From positions 4,999-68,998 of the IMG/VR virus record IMGVR_UViG_3300033142_001194: a stretch of 64,000 bases of DNA. One strand, given 5' to 3'. Of the stretch, positions 19,771-31,200 are shown piece by piece. The position numbers were made by a program, and so were the translations under genes. The stretch's first letter is position 1. Each line of letters begins with the position of its first letter. Origin of the DNA: a virus. Below the pieces are notes generated by a model. The model had not been told where the DNA came from, ran no database searches, and saw only the letters and a list, made by a program, of their open reading frames with translations.

Positions 19771-19815
19771 CTATTAAAAACAAAGAGTATCACCTCTAAT
19801 AAGATAGGTATAAAT

Positions 19816-20451
19816 ATGACCGAAGTAGATAGTAATTTAGAAGTTCAAGAAATGTCAGCTAAGGAATTACAAGCTGCAGAATTAAAATCTTTAAAAGCTA
19901 AAGCAGATTTAATGGGATTAACTTATCATCCTTCAATTGGTTTAGGTAAATTGAAAAAGAAAGTAACAGACAAGTTAGAGGGTAATGTCCCTGAGAAGCC
20001 ACCTGAGAGCCTCGTAGAGGACTTTCCTGTATCAAGTGATACGTTTGCTTCACCTGATACGTATACACGTAAGAGAGAGACTGTAGCTGCTCGTAAATCA
20101 AGACTACGTAAGAAAGCTTCAAGGTTAGTACGGTTTAGATTAACCTGTATGAATCCTGCTAAGAAAGGGTATCCTAGTGAAGTATTTACAGTAAGTAATT
20201 CTATTGTAGGAACATTTAGAAGAGCTATTCCTTATCATGCACCATCTTGGCATTGTGAAAGAATGATGTTAGATATGCTTAAGAATAAAGAATACTTAGA
20301 TTTCTATGAAGTAAAAGGTAGTAAAGGAAGAATGGTAAAGAAAAGTAGAATGGTAAAAGAATTTGCTATTGAGGAATTACCACCTTTAAACCAAAAAGAA
20401 ATTAATGAGATTAAAGAAAGACAAGCTTCACAGAATAGTTTAGAAGATTAA
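19816..20451 (+). CDS. N4 gp55-like protein
   Basis: LKAKADLMGLTYHPSIG, LVRFRLTCMNPAKK, EFAIEELPPL. Confidence 0.75.
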   Translation: MTEVDSNLEVQEMSAKELQAAELKSLKAKADLMGLTYHPSIGLGKLKKKVTDKLEGNVPEKPPESLVEDFPVSSDTFASPDTYTRKRETVAARKSRLRKKASRLVRFRLTCMNPAKKGYPSEVFTVSNSIVGTFRRAIPYHAPSWHCERMMLDMLKNKEYLDFYEVKGSKGRMVKKSRMVKEFAIEELPPLNQKEINEIKERQASQNSLED

Positions 20452-20470
20452 TCCAATAGGACTTTAGAAT

Positions 20471-21721
20471 ATGACAGCTATTACAACAGATGATTTAACA
20501 ACAATATCTCTTGAAGGAGATGGTGTTTTTGACGCTATTATGGAAACTAACCGAGTAAGGTTAGAACGTGAATATGATAGTGGACGTATTATTGCTACAG
20601 ATTATTCTAAGGTCTACTTAGGAGCTATGGAAGCTTCTATGAGCCAAGCAGTATCATTCTTGCTTGGAAGACAGATGGCTTCAGCACAAGCAGATTTGAC
20701 TATTAAACAGGGAGAGTTGTTAGATGCGGAAATTATTAATGAAGGAAAGAAAGGTTTATTAATTGACCAACAGATTCTTAAACTGCAAGCAGATATTGAG
20801 CTTACAGAGAAGCAAGTTATCAAGATGGATTCAGAAATTGAATTACTTGATAAACAGGTAATTAAATTAGATTCAGATACTGCTTTAGTAGAGAAGCAAA
20901 TTATTAAGATGGATTCTGAAATAGCTTTAGCAGAACAACAAGTACTAAATATGGTAGAGGAAGTTAAGCTAACTTCTAAACAGGTAGATAAATTATCTTC
21001 TGATATTTTATTAACTGATAAACAAATTATTAAGATGGATTCTGAGATAGACCTAGCAGAACAACAAGTTCTTAATATGATTGAAGAGGTTGATTTAACT
21101 AAGCAACAAGTTATTAAGCTTATAGCAGATACTGCAGTAGTAGAAGTTCAAGACGATAAGATTGTTGCAGAGACTGCATTGTTATTACAACAAGCAGATA
21201 AACTTGCAGAAGATATTTTAATAGCTAAAGAAGAGCTTAAGATTGCTAAGGAAAAGCTTAAATCAGTAACAGCAGAAGTTGCATTACTTGAAGCCAAGAC
21301 AGATACTGAAGTAGCTAATGTAAGTGATACTATTAATGGTGTTTTAGTTAAGGGTGTTATTTCTACAAACACTAAGAGAACACTTGCAGAAGTAGCAGTA
21401 TTGGATCAAGACAAAGTATTGGTTCAGAAGAAACAGATAACAGAAACCAATGTTGGTAACAATATACTTAAAGAAGGGGTTATCCTTGATATTAAGAAGT
21501 TGCAAGAGAAAGCTGAAATCTTAAATAAAGCAATGGTAGGTCATGCATCAAATCTTGCACAAGCAGTAAGAGAAAATGGAGCAACTAGGGCTTCTACTAT
21601 TGACCCTACCACAGAAGTATACGATGTTGATTTATCCTATTATAACTCCGTATATTTGTTAGCTGAAGATATAGAAGATTTGGCTAAACAAGTTAAGACA
21701 ACTAACTACACTGTCACATAA
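20471..21721 (+). CDS. N4 gp54-like structural protein with expanded coiled-coil repeats
   Basis: GDGVFDAIM...EYDSGRI...YSKVYLG N-domain, then KQ(V/I)IK(M/L)DS(E/D) repeats. Confidence 0.7.
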   Translation: MTAITTDDLTTISLEGDGVFDAIMETNRVRLEREYDSGRIIATDYSKVYLGAMEASMSQAVSFLLGRQMASAQADLTIKQGELLDAEIINEGKKGLLIDQQILKLQADIELTEKQVIKMDSEIELLDKQVIKLDSDTALVEKQIIKMDSEIALAEQQVLNMVEEVKLTSKQVDKLSSDILLTDKQIIKMDSEIDLAEQQVLNMIEEVDLTKQQVIKLIADTAVVEVQDDKIVAETALLLQQADKLAEDILIAKEELKIAKEKLKSVTAEVALLEAKTDTEVANVSDTINGVLVKGVISTNTKRTLAEVAVLDQDKVLVQKKQITETNVGNNILKEGVILDIKKLQEKAEILNKAMVGHASNLAQAVRENGATRASTIDPTTEVYDVDLSYYNSVYLLAEDIEDLAKQVKTTNYTVT

Positions 21722-24231
21722 TGACTAATCAAGAGTTACCTTCATATGCTATAGAAGATAACCGTTTATACGTTGCTAAGGTGACTCTTGAGCCAATTAG
21801 TAACCCAATAAGTTATCCTGAAATCATTGGTTCAAATATAGAAGCTAATACAGGAGGATTAACTTCTTTAACTCAGAATGTATCTAAACAACATGCATTA
21901 TATTTTAGTTCACTTGCTTCAGGTGAATACAGTTATGTTGGTGAAGCTACAGTAGATACTTCTACTTTTATATCCTATACAGATTTTACATTTAACAGTA
22001 CAACAGCATTAAAATTCCTATTAGAAAATGCCAGGAAAGTTTATACGGATGCAATGGAAGATGTTCTTGAGGTAGATACAGGAGGTCCTCATAGGGATAT
22101 AGAAGACATAGAAAATGATTTATATTGGGCTAGAGAAGATGAAGAAGATAAGAAGGATTTAAAGAATTCTACATATGCTCAGTGGGAAGCTAATAAGAAT
22201 TACTTTAATAGTTTAAAGCAGGAATTGGAAAACTATAAAATTGCTACTAATGCTCATGCAGCACAAGCAGGATCTTATGAAAATCAGGCTCGGTCTTACT
22301 TTTATGTTTTAGAGTTTAACGTTAAATATCATAATGAACATAGTACAACTGGTTTAGGCGTTAAGATGGTTGTACCTACGCTAGGTACAAACTACATTGA
22401 ACTATTTGAATATTTCTTAATAGCAGATTATGCTAATTTACGTTGGGGTATTTCTGAGTCAGATCAGATACGCATAAACAACGGTATACTAGCGCATAGT
22501 ACTTACTTAGTACAAGCATACGATTCACCAAATTTTGATGTTTCAATATCTGGATTTAAAAAATTAGAACAGCATTGGTATCTTGCAAACCAGAGTGTAG
22601 GAAATTATAAATTTAAACAGTACTCAAATTTTGTAAGGGATATGCACAATGTAGCTGTATATTTAAACAGAATGTACAGTTCAAAAGCAAATGCTAAAGA
22701 TGCAGAAAAAAACGTAGTAATTCTTAACGGTCAAATCTATTATTACAGATATAATGTCTTAGATCCCTCATATGATGCATATAATGCTGCATTAGCTGCT
22801 TACCGTGCTGCACAAGATATCGTTACTGCTTTGGAAGCTGAATTAGCAAGAGCAGAAGACAGTGAAGAACAATATACAGTACACGATGAAATAGAGAGAA
22901 TCAGAGATGGTTTAAGAATAACTTTAATATCTATAAGTTTTTCAGAATCTATACCAGCACATATAATGTATGCTTCTTCTTTCAAAGAGAAAGAATGTAT
23001 AGAATTTACTTCAGGTAATATAACAAAAAGAAAAGACTTTAATGGATCAGGAGGTACTTATAATTATGGAGGGTATCAAGCTCCAGGAAAAGTAGCTCAA
23101 GTATCTGATAAATTATTAGGGTGTTTTGTTAGTAAATCAAGTGTTGCAATACGTAAGGCAAATGGAAATACTTCTTCACCTTATTTGAATTACACTGGTT
23201 TTATTATTACCTATAAGATTACAGGTGATAGTGATAATACAGAATATGTTTTTGCAGGTGATATTAATGGTACATCAGTTACCACGTTTAATAGAGCCAA
23301 AACAAACATAGGTGGTTCGTGTTTACAAAGTATTCCTTTAAAGGATAAGAATGGTTTTACAATGTATAAAGCAGATGCTGTTGCTATGTCAGCTATACTA
23401 AAAGCCAATTACTTTGGACTAGAACAACACACATATGCTTTACACCGTTTAAAGGATGCTTCAGGGTTTAATTTAGGCAGTGCAAATGCTATAGCATTAA
23501 GTTTATCTACAAACATCTTAAGTGGAACTATTTCAGTAAATGAGTATCTTGTTTCATTGTTTTTAAATATACATAATGCGTACGGTCTTAGTTATAGGGG
23601 TAATTCCTCTACAACACAAAATAGGTATAGGCTAGAATTTAAAGAAAGGGATTCCAGTATTGTTATGCTTCTTAGTGGTATTACTACTACATCCTATTCA
23701 GGTAAGTTGGCTAGCTCTGATATTACTGCTACTACTAAAGGGGATGACTCACTTATAGATGATACAGGTGTAATAATTCTTAAGTACCCTTCAAGTAAAA
23801 ACGAAATAACTGAATTAAAGATATTTGGTTTAGAGTTTCAATATATCTCAACTGAAATATCTCATAGAATTGTTACATCACAAGATCCCTATTCAGAAAA
23901 TAATTCTCTTAATATTCCCTTGGTTTATAAAGAACTACTTAATTTAGGTATGCTAAATAGTAATCCGTTGATTAGTAGAACAATGGGATATCAAAGTATA
24001 GTAGATTCTGAAGATACTAAGATTACTTGGGAAAGTGCATTACCTAGACTACCCCAAGCTTCTACTGTTTTCAGTAAACAGGGGGAAAGAATATTTTATG
24101 GGTTATCAGGTGTAAACTTTGCTATGAATATAGCTTCTCCACAAGTAAACAATACTTCCGATATAATGACTGATGTATCTGATATGGCAGGTTTAACTTC
24201 TTTAGTTGAACCAATTAAAACTATTTTTTAA
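21721..24231 (+). CDS. Large virion protein (N4 gp53 position)
   Basis: 836-aa ORF coupled to gp54-like gene; synteny only. Confidence 0.5.
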   Translation: MTNQELPSYAIEDNRLYVAKVTLEPISNPISYPEIIGSNIEANTGGLTSLTQNVSKQHALYFSSLASGEYSYVGEATVDTSTFISYTDFTFNSTTALKFLLENARKVYTDAMEDVLEVDTGGPHRDIEDIENDLYWAREDEEDKKDLKNSTYAQWEANKNYFNSLKQELENYKIATNAHAAQAGSYENQARSYFYVLEFNVKYHNEHSTTGLGVKMVVPTLGTNYIELFEYFLIADYANLRWGISESDQIRINNGILAHSTYLVQAYDSPNFDVSISGFKKLEQHWYLANQSVGNYKFKQYSNFVRDMHNVAVYLNRMYSSKANAKDAEKNVVILNGQIYYYRYNVLDPSYDAYNAALAAYRAAQDIVTALEAELARAEDSEEQYTVHDEIERIRDGLRITLISISFSESIPAHIMYASSFKEKECIEFTSGNITKRKDFNGSGGTYNYGGYQAPGKVAQVSDKLLGCFVSKSSVAIRKANGNTSSPYLNYTGFIITYKITGDSDNTEYVFAGDINGTSVTTFNRAKTNIGGSCLQSIPLKDKNGFTMYKADAVAMSAILKANYFGLEQHTYALHRLKDASGFNLGSANAIALSLSTNILSGTISVNEYLVSLFLNIHNAYGLSYRGNSSTTQNRYRLEFKERDSSIVMLLSGITTTSYSGKLASSDITATTKGDDSLIDDTGVIILKYPSSKNEITELKIFGLEFQYISTEISHRIVTSQDPYSENNSLNIPLVYKELLNLGMLNSNPLISRTMGYQSIVDSEDTKITWESALPRLPQASTVFSKQGERIFYGLSGVNFAMNIASPQVNNTSDIMTDVSDMAGLTSLVEPIKTIF

Positions 24232-24244
24232 ACGGGAATTACCT

Positions 24245-25117
24245 ATGGCTGAATTAACTTTAAACCAAGAATACCAAAGACAACAAGCGGAGATGAACCA
24301 AGAACTTCAAAGACAGAGAATGTTAGATGAAGAAGAAGCTGCCATGAATAAGTGGGCATTGGATTATGGTAATTCTCAATTAGGTACAGGAGAGTTTACT
24401 AATGAAGATAAACAAGCAAGAGCAGGTAGAGCTTATGCTAATTCTATTAACCCTGAAACAGGTGTATTAGATAGAGCAATGTACGATAAAGCTATTGCTA
24501 GTGATGTAGCTGCAGGATATACAACACCTGAATATGGTCAAGGTCTTCTTGGTTTAGGAAATTATGGTAAATCACAATCTCCGGGATATGGATCAGGAGC
24601 AGGAACACATGATAAACGTACAGCAGCAGATGATGCAGCATTTGTAAATTCTCAGATTAAACCAGATTTCTTTGATCCAAATAATACTATGGGTGCTATT
24701 AAGAATTTTCTAGGTGGTCAAGATGACCAAGAAGTTGCAAGAGGTTCATATGCAAATATGAAAGCAAGATTAAAAGATTCAGGAGCTTCTACAGATGTTT
24801 TAGATACTATCTTTAGTATTGCTTCAGGTGATAAAGAAGAACCTGATTCACAATTATTTTCATCCTTTGTAGATGAATTAGCTAACTTATCACAGGCTAA
24901 GAATATACCAGTAGAACAGGCATTATCAACTTTACAACAGGCTTATAAGAATCCTAATACAGGGTTATTTGATTTAAGTCAGACAGGTTCTTTTGGAAGA
25001 GGTAATAACCAACAACAGGCTAAACCATATAGTAGTCAAGGTAATGAAGATATGATTGGAAGTCTACAACAGACATTTGGAAATAACAGTGTTCCAAATA
25101 GGTTTAATGTAAGATAA
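24245..25117 (+). CDS. Internal virion/ejection protein candidate
   Basis: Gln/Gly/Ala-rich, no Cys; directly upstream of vRNAP like N4 gp51/gp52. Confidence 0.5.
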   Translation: MAELTLNQEYQRQQAEMNQELQRQRMLDEEEAAMNKWALDYGNSQLGTGEFTNEDKQARAGRAYANSINPETGVLDRAMYDKAIASDVAAGYTTPEYGQGLLGLGNYGKSQSPGYGSGAGTHDKRTAADDAAFVNSQIKPDFFDPNNTMGAIKNFLGGQDDQEVARGSYANMKARLKDSGASTDVLDTIFSIASGDKEEPDSQLFSSFVDELANLSQAKNIPVEQALSTLQQAYKNPNTGLFDLSQTGSFGRGNNQQQAKPYSSQGNEDMIGSLQQTFGNNSVPNRFNVR

Positions 25118-25207
25118 GTTTAAGGTACTTAGTAATCTTTACTTAATACCCCTTCTATCTTTGGTAGTTGGGGTATACTTTTATATACCACTTATAAAGG
25201 ATTTAAT

Positions 25208-28200
25208 ATGTCTACCACTCAAACAAATAAAAAAGTAGATGTTGCTAAAGCATCTACAGATAAAGCAGAAGAACTAAATTACACACAACCTTCAAGAGAT
25301 ATTAGTTTAGGATCAGTTCCTAACTTTAAACCAAGTAAACCAATAACAGATAGAAATACTTTTGATTACTATTCTTCAGCTAATGCAGGTCAAAGATTAA
25401 GAGATGCAGCAAATCTTAAACAGAATACTTTACCTGATAGAAATGTAGGTGAAGTGGTTCAGGATATTGCAGGATCATTAGGTAAGTTTGGTGTACAAGC
25501 AGGACAGTCTTTATACGGTTTAACAGATGCAGTATCACTTGGAAACATTGATAAAGGTTTAGATTCTATTGGTTTAAAACCAGACTTTAACAGAACAACA
25601 GAATTTATTACTGGTTTACAGTCAGATCAAACACAAGCAGCAATAGCTAATAAAGCTAAAGCAGCACAGGATTGGAATAGCCTTGAGAGCCAACGTAAGG
25701 CTGCTGACGAGGCGAAAGGGTTACCTTCCTTTATGGTTGGTGCTAATGAAGAACTTAGAACCGCCGGTAACGTCTTAGAGGGCTTGTGGGACAATCCTTT
25801 AGCCTTACAAGACTCCCTTGTTAGTTCTGCACCACACTTATTAGGTGCAAGAGGAGCAGCAAATGCATTAGCAAAAGGAGTAGCTAAAGCACAAGCAAAG
25901 AAAGGAGCAAGTAAAGCTGCTATTAAGAAAGCTGAAGCTGCTGCAAGAGCTAAAGGAGCTGTCTTATATACTGCAGCTACTGAAGGTGGAAGTGCTCAAG
26001 TAGATGCTAAGAATAATGTATTATCAGCTTCTTTTAAAGAGTTAAGAGAAAACAATGATAGATTTAAATCACTTGAAAAAGAAATGTCTCCAGAAGATGC
26101 AAGAAGAAAACTTGCAGGAGAAACAGGTGCAATAGCTTTATTAGCAACAGGATTATTAGCAGGTGGAGCAAGTAAGCTTACAGGTGCTGGTGATACTATT
26201 GGTAACTATGGTAATAGAGAAGCAGCTAAGACACTAACACAAGCCATTAACAAAGCTGTAATCCAACCTATGAAGAGTGAAGGTATAGAAGAAGCCTTAC
26301 AAGGTATTACAGGAGGATTGGTTCAGAATGTTGCAGAGAAACTAACAACAAATAAAGATAAAGCTTTAGGAGAAGGTATAACAGAACAAGCAGTTGAAGG
26401 AGCAGTATTAGGTGCATTATCAGCAGGAGCAATGCCAGTAGCAGCAGTAACAGTACCAGTAGCTAAAGGAGTAGCTAAAGGAGCAGTAGCAACAGCTAAA
26501 GCAGTTCCTAAAGTTATTAAAGCTGGTTCAAATGTTGTAAAAGATGTTGCTACTAAAGCAGAAGATAGAGCCCTATTAAACCCATCAATAGCAGATATTG
26601 ATATTCCTACTTCTGATGCTAATGAAGCAACTCAATTGGATTATATTAATAAAGTAAAAGATAAGAATATTCCATTGGTTGAAGCACATGTAGATATTTC
26701 AAACCAATTAAAAGAACTAACACCTGAAGAATTAACAAGTGATAAAGGTAAAGGGTTAATAGAAAGAGAACAGGTATATGCAAAACAGATAGCAGATAAC
26801 AATATTGTTGTAGATAAACTTACTAAAGGATTTGAAACAGGGCAAAATGAATTTACAACTGCTGTAAAAGAAGTTACAGGTAAAGAAAAAGGAATACTTA
26901 AGACAGCAAATGATTCAGCTATTAAAGCAGCAAAGGTAATACGTAAAGCAACTAAAGTAGCAAATACTAAAGCTACTGGAATAGCTAAATCATTATCTAA
27001 AGAGAAAGCATTGGCTAAAGCAGCTAATACAGAGAATGTAGAAGATGTTGAAACACCTCATGAAAAGATTGTGGTTATGGCTAATAAACATAATACATTA
27101 CCTAAAGAAGCAACACCTGAACAGGTACAAGAAAGAAGTGACCAGTTTGAAGAATTAATAGGTCAATTGGATTCTGAATTTAATGTAGCTAATACTTCTT
27201 TCGTGGATAACATTAATAAGTTAGAAACCTATAATAAAAAAGAAACACTTACTGCAGAAGAAGATGCAGATGCTAAAGCAATAGCTAAAGGACTTACAAA
27301 AGAAAAAGAAAATGTTGATGCATTAGAAACACAGCTTAATGAAGCATATCAAATAGTACTTAATTCAGAGAATGCTCAAGAACAGGTAGGTATAGGCTTG
27401 AGTAAGGAAAGCTTTAAAGAGTTAATAGATTCTACTTCTAACGCATCGTCAGATACCCTTCAGGTCGGTTTAAAGAAGATATTTGGATCATTACCCCAAG
27501 AAGCAAGTAAAGAAGATTTAGAGAGTATTGAGAAAATAACCAATAACCCTAATATTGATGCAGTATCTAAAACAAAGTTATTAAACTATGTTGAAACACA
27601 GCAAGCAAAATCAGCTTCAGGAGTATCCAAAGAAGTCTTAAAAGGAGGAGGATTTAATACTAAAGGTGTAAAACTAAAAGGATTAAATGAGTACCAAAAG
27701 GATATTGATGATGCTACACGTTTAGGGTCTTCTACAGTAGCAGAAAATGTATTAAGTGATTTACAAAGGTTTAACGATCTTCATGCAAGTAAACTTAAAA
27801 TATTAGATGCAGTTATTAAAGATCCAACAGATAAACAAGCTAAAGCAGTATTATTAAAGAATTACCCAAGTTCTACTAAATGGAAGTCTATTGAAGCAGT
27901 AAGAGGTTTTGTAGCTAAGGAAGTTAATGCTATTGAGAAAGGTCTTAAAGAATCTAGTTATATTGCACAACAGAAGTTCAGTAAAGAAGAAGTACCAAGT
28001 TCTTATAGTATTGAAGAAGTAACTAAACCAATAAAAGCTAAACCAATAAACCAAGAAGTTAAACCAACTGAAATAGTTAAAGAAGTTAAAGCTAAAGAAG
28101 TTAAAGCTAAACCAACTGAAGTAACTGAAGAAGTAAAAGTTAAGACTACTCGGAAAATATTAAGAGAGGTTATGACAGATAATAATATTGACTTTGCTTT

Positions 28201-31200
28201 ATCAGATAAAGCCAATAAAAATATTAAGAAAGCTATTTCAGCAGAAGAAGATTTATGGGTTAAAGAAGTAAAAGATAATCAGAAAGAGTTTGGTGAATCA
28301 GACCAACAAATGTTACAGGAAGAGTTAACTAATAAAGCTAAGTTATTTTATAAGGGTATTCAAGATGGGTTACTTAATACAGTAGATGGATCTATAGAAG
28401 CTACAGAAGAGAATGCTGTATACGCTACTGGATTTGATATTGGGTATAAGCAGTATGTTGAGGTACTTGTAAATAAGCAATTTCTTACTGGTAAGATACA
28501 AGATAATAAAGTATCTGAATGGTTTACACCTAAGAAGATAGTAGACAATAGTTCTTTACTACAAACAACACCTAATTTCTTTAATGGTTTAAATTCTTAT
28601 GTATTAGAAAATAATATAGCTAAAGATGAAGAAAATGTATTAAAGAAAATAGAAAAGTTTGATAGTAAATTTTCTAAAGTATTTAAAGATAAAGCATTCC
28701 AACCGTATAACACTGTACCTGTTTCAGATAAATATACGGATAAATTTAAAGATTCTGAAACATTTATAGAAGGTTATCTTTCAGAAGATTTAATGCAGTA
28801 TTTCATGACTGAGGAAGGTAATTTTGATGATAACTTTTTATCTACACTTTCTACAGAAGCAATGATGTGGTTAGCTACAGGATATGAAAAGTTATTAATA
28901 AATAATGATGATGCTATTAATAGTATTTTAGGTCAAGCACAAGGATCTAAATTACCTGCAAATGCCTTTAGTGTTTTAGGTACTTCAGGTATTCCAAGAA
29001 CACAGTTAATTCATTCAATAGGGCAATCTGCTTTTAAAGCTCTTAATCTTAAATCTAAAGAAGTTGATGCTACTATAGAAGAGAAGATGATAACTGCGAT
29101 AGGAACACATATGTATCATACCCTTAACTTTATGGGTTATTTTAAAGATACTGTTATATCTAAAGAGGATTTTGATAGCCTAAAAGGTGAAAAAGGAAGT
29201 CTTGATTTTGAAGGTACTGTAGCTAACTTTGTAGCTCCTGTATCTATTGGTTCAGTAGAGAATGGTGATTTTGAAGTTGATACTAATATTTCCGATCAAA
29301 TACAAAGTTGGAAGAGAGATCCTGAATCACCTAAAGATCCATTCGTAGTTCAAACACTTACTGATTCTTTTGGTTCAACATCTAAAGAAGTTTACCCATT
29401 ATTAGAAGTACCTAAAACTGTAGCAACTAAAGTTGTTAAATCTATTCAAAATATTCCTACTAACATTAGAGAATATTTAGATAAGAAACAAGAAGAAGAA
29501 AATTATTTTAAGAAGGATCAATATGAAGCTTACCTTACTCTTAATACAGATGAAAAGAGAGTAATTGGCGGGTATAACTTTAATACAGATGGTTTACATG
29601 AATTAAACAAAGCAGCAGTAATAAGTAAAAATAATACTATTGATAGGACTATAAGAGCTATAGAAGAATTTGCTTCTCAAGTAGAAGCTAAAAATGGTGA
29701 TTTATTTAATACACCTTTCTTCTATGAACAAGAAATTTGGAAGAATTTCAGAAATGGTACTTCAGGTAATATGATTAACTCTCAAGCCAATAAACTTGTA
29801 AGACATTTAACAGGTTTAGGTAATGCAGTTAATACTACTATTGATCCAAGAGATTCTGCTTCACAAGCACATAAGGATGCACTACTTAGATTTAAAGCTT
29901 CTGTTCTTACTGGTTTTGGTGGTAAACCTGAAAACAGTTCTGATTCAGATATACATAAGGATTTTGATGATATTGCTAAAGGCTTATCTACAGTTAATCA
30001 AGATATTCTTATGGCTTCAGATAGTATTAGAAATAAAGCTTCAGATGGTATTACACAAGCAATAGAAAGTATTAATGAAGAGTCTGAATATGCTTTCGAT
30101 GCTCTTGTCGCTTATGCTAATTACACACCTGATAAACCATTTAATACATCTCTATTTAACGAGGTAGATGGTATTACCAATGGAGTTACAATAGGACTTA
30201 TACAATTAGCTGCTGCAGAGAATTGGGAGGGTGTAGAAGACCTTATGAAGGCTTCTGGACTATATGAAACAGATATGCCTAATGGTTATGCAGATTTCCT
30301 TACTACAGGTGGTCAAGATAATTACAAGCAAACAGCTAAAGTAATGTTAGCTAATTATGCTGAAATAAAGAACTCTTATAAAGATGATGGAACCAATAGA
30401 TATATTAAATCAAATGCATTGGATTCTTTTATAGGTCAGTTAGAGAAAGATGGAGAAATTTCTTCTATAGCAAGAACACTTGTTAAATTTCCTTTAATGA
30501 TTGCTTCTTATGGTGGATCACTTGATAGGATTATAAAGAACTTCTCAAGCAGTATGTTAGATAACGTGTATTCTCAAATTGAGGATGCAGTTGCTAATGA
30601 AAGCCAAAGTGATTTAGATTCTATAGCAAGTAACCTTAACTTAATTGTAGGAGGAAATTATTCTATTGATTTAGATACTGCTTTATCTTTTGATATTTCA
30701 CAGAAAGATAAAGACGTATTCCTTTCAAGTATGGAAAACACTATTGGTAAAGCTTTAAGGGATACTATTGAAAGTAAGTTTGAAGTATTCTTTGCTAAAA
30801 GAGATGAAGTTAATACAGCACTAAATTTAGTATTCCAAGTAACTGAGAGTAGATATAAAGCAGAAGTAGAAAAACAAGAAACTGAAGCTGGTCATCCAAT
30901 ATCTAATAAAGCTAAAGAAGCTATTTTAATTGGTATGTCAGATATGCTTCCATCCTTTGCAAATTACAATTCAGATGTGGGTGATACTACTACCAATATG
31001 TTACCTATGGATACTACCAGTAGTTCAGCTTTTAAGGATACTCATAGACAACAGGTAAAGAGTAAAGCTTCATTGAATGGTAAACATTCAAGTGTTGCCT
31101 ATGGCAATGAAATGACTTTAGAGAAACCGGGACTTACTACTACTATTGGGGGTATTCATGGTTTAGATAGTGCAATGATGATGAATGTACTTTCAGAGTA

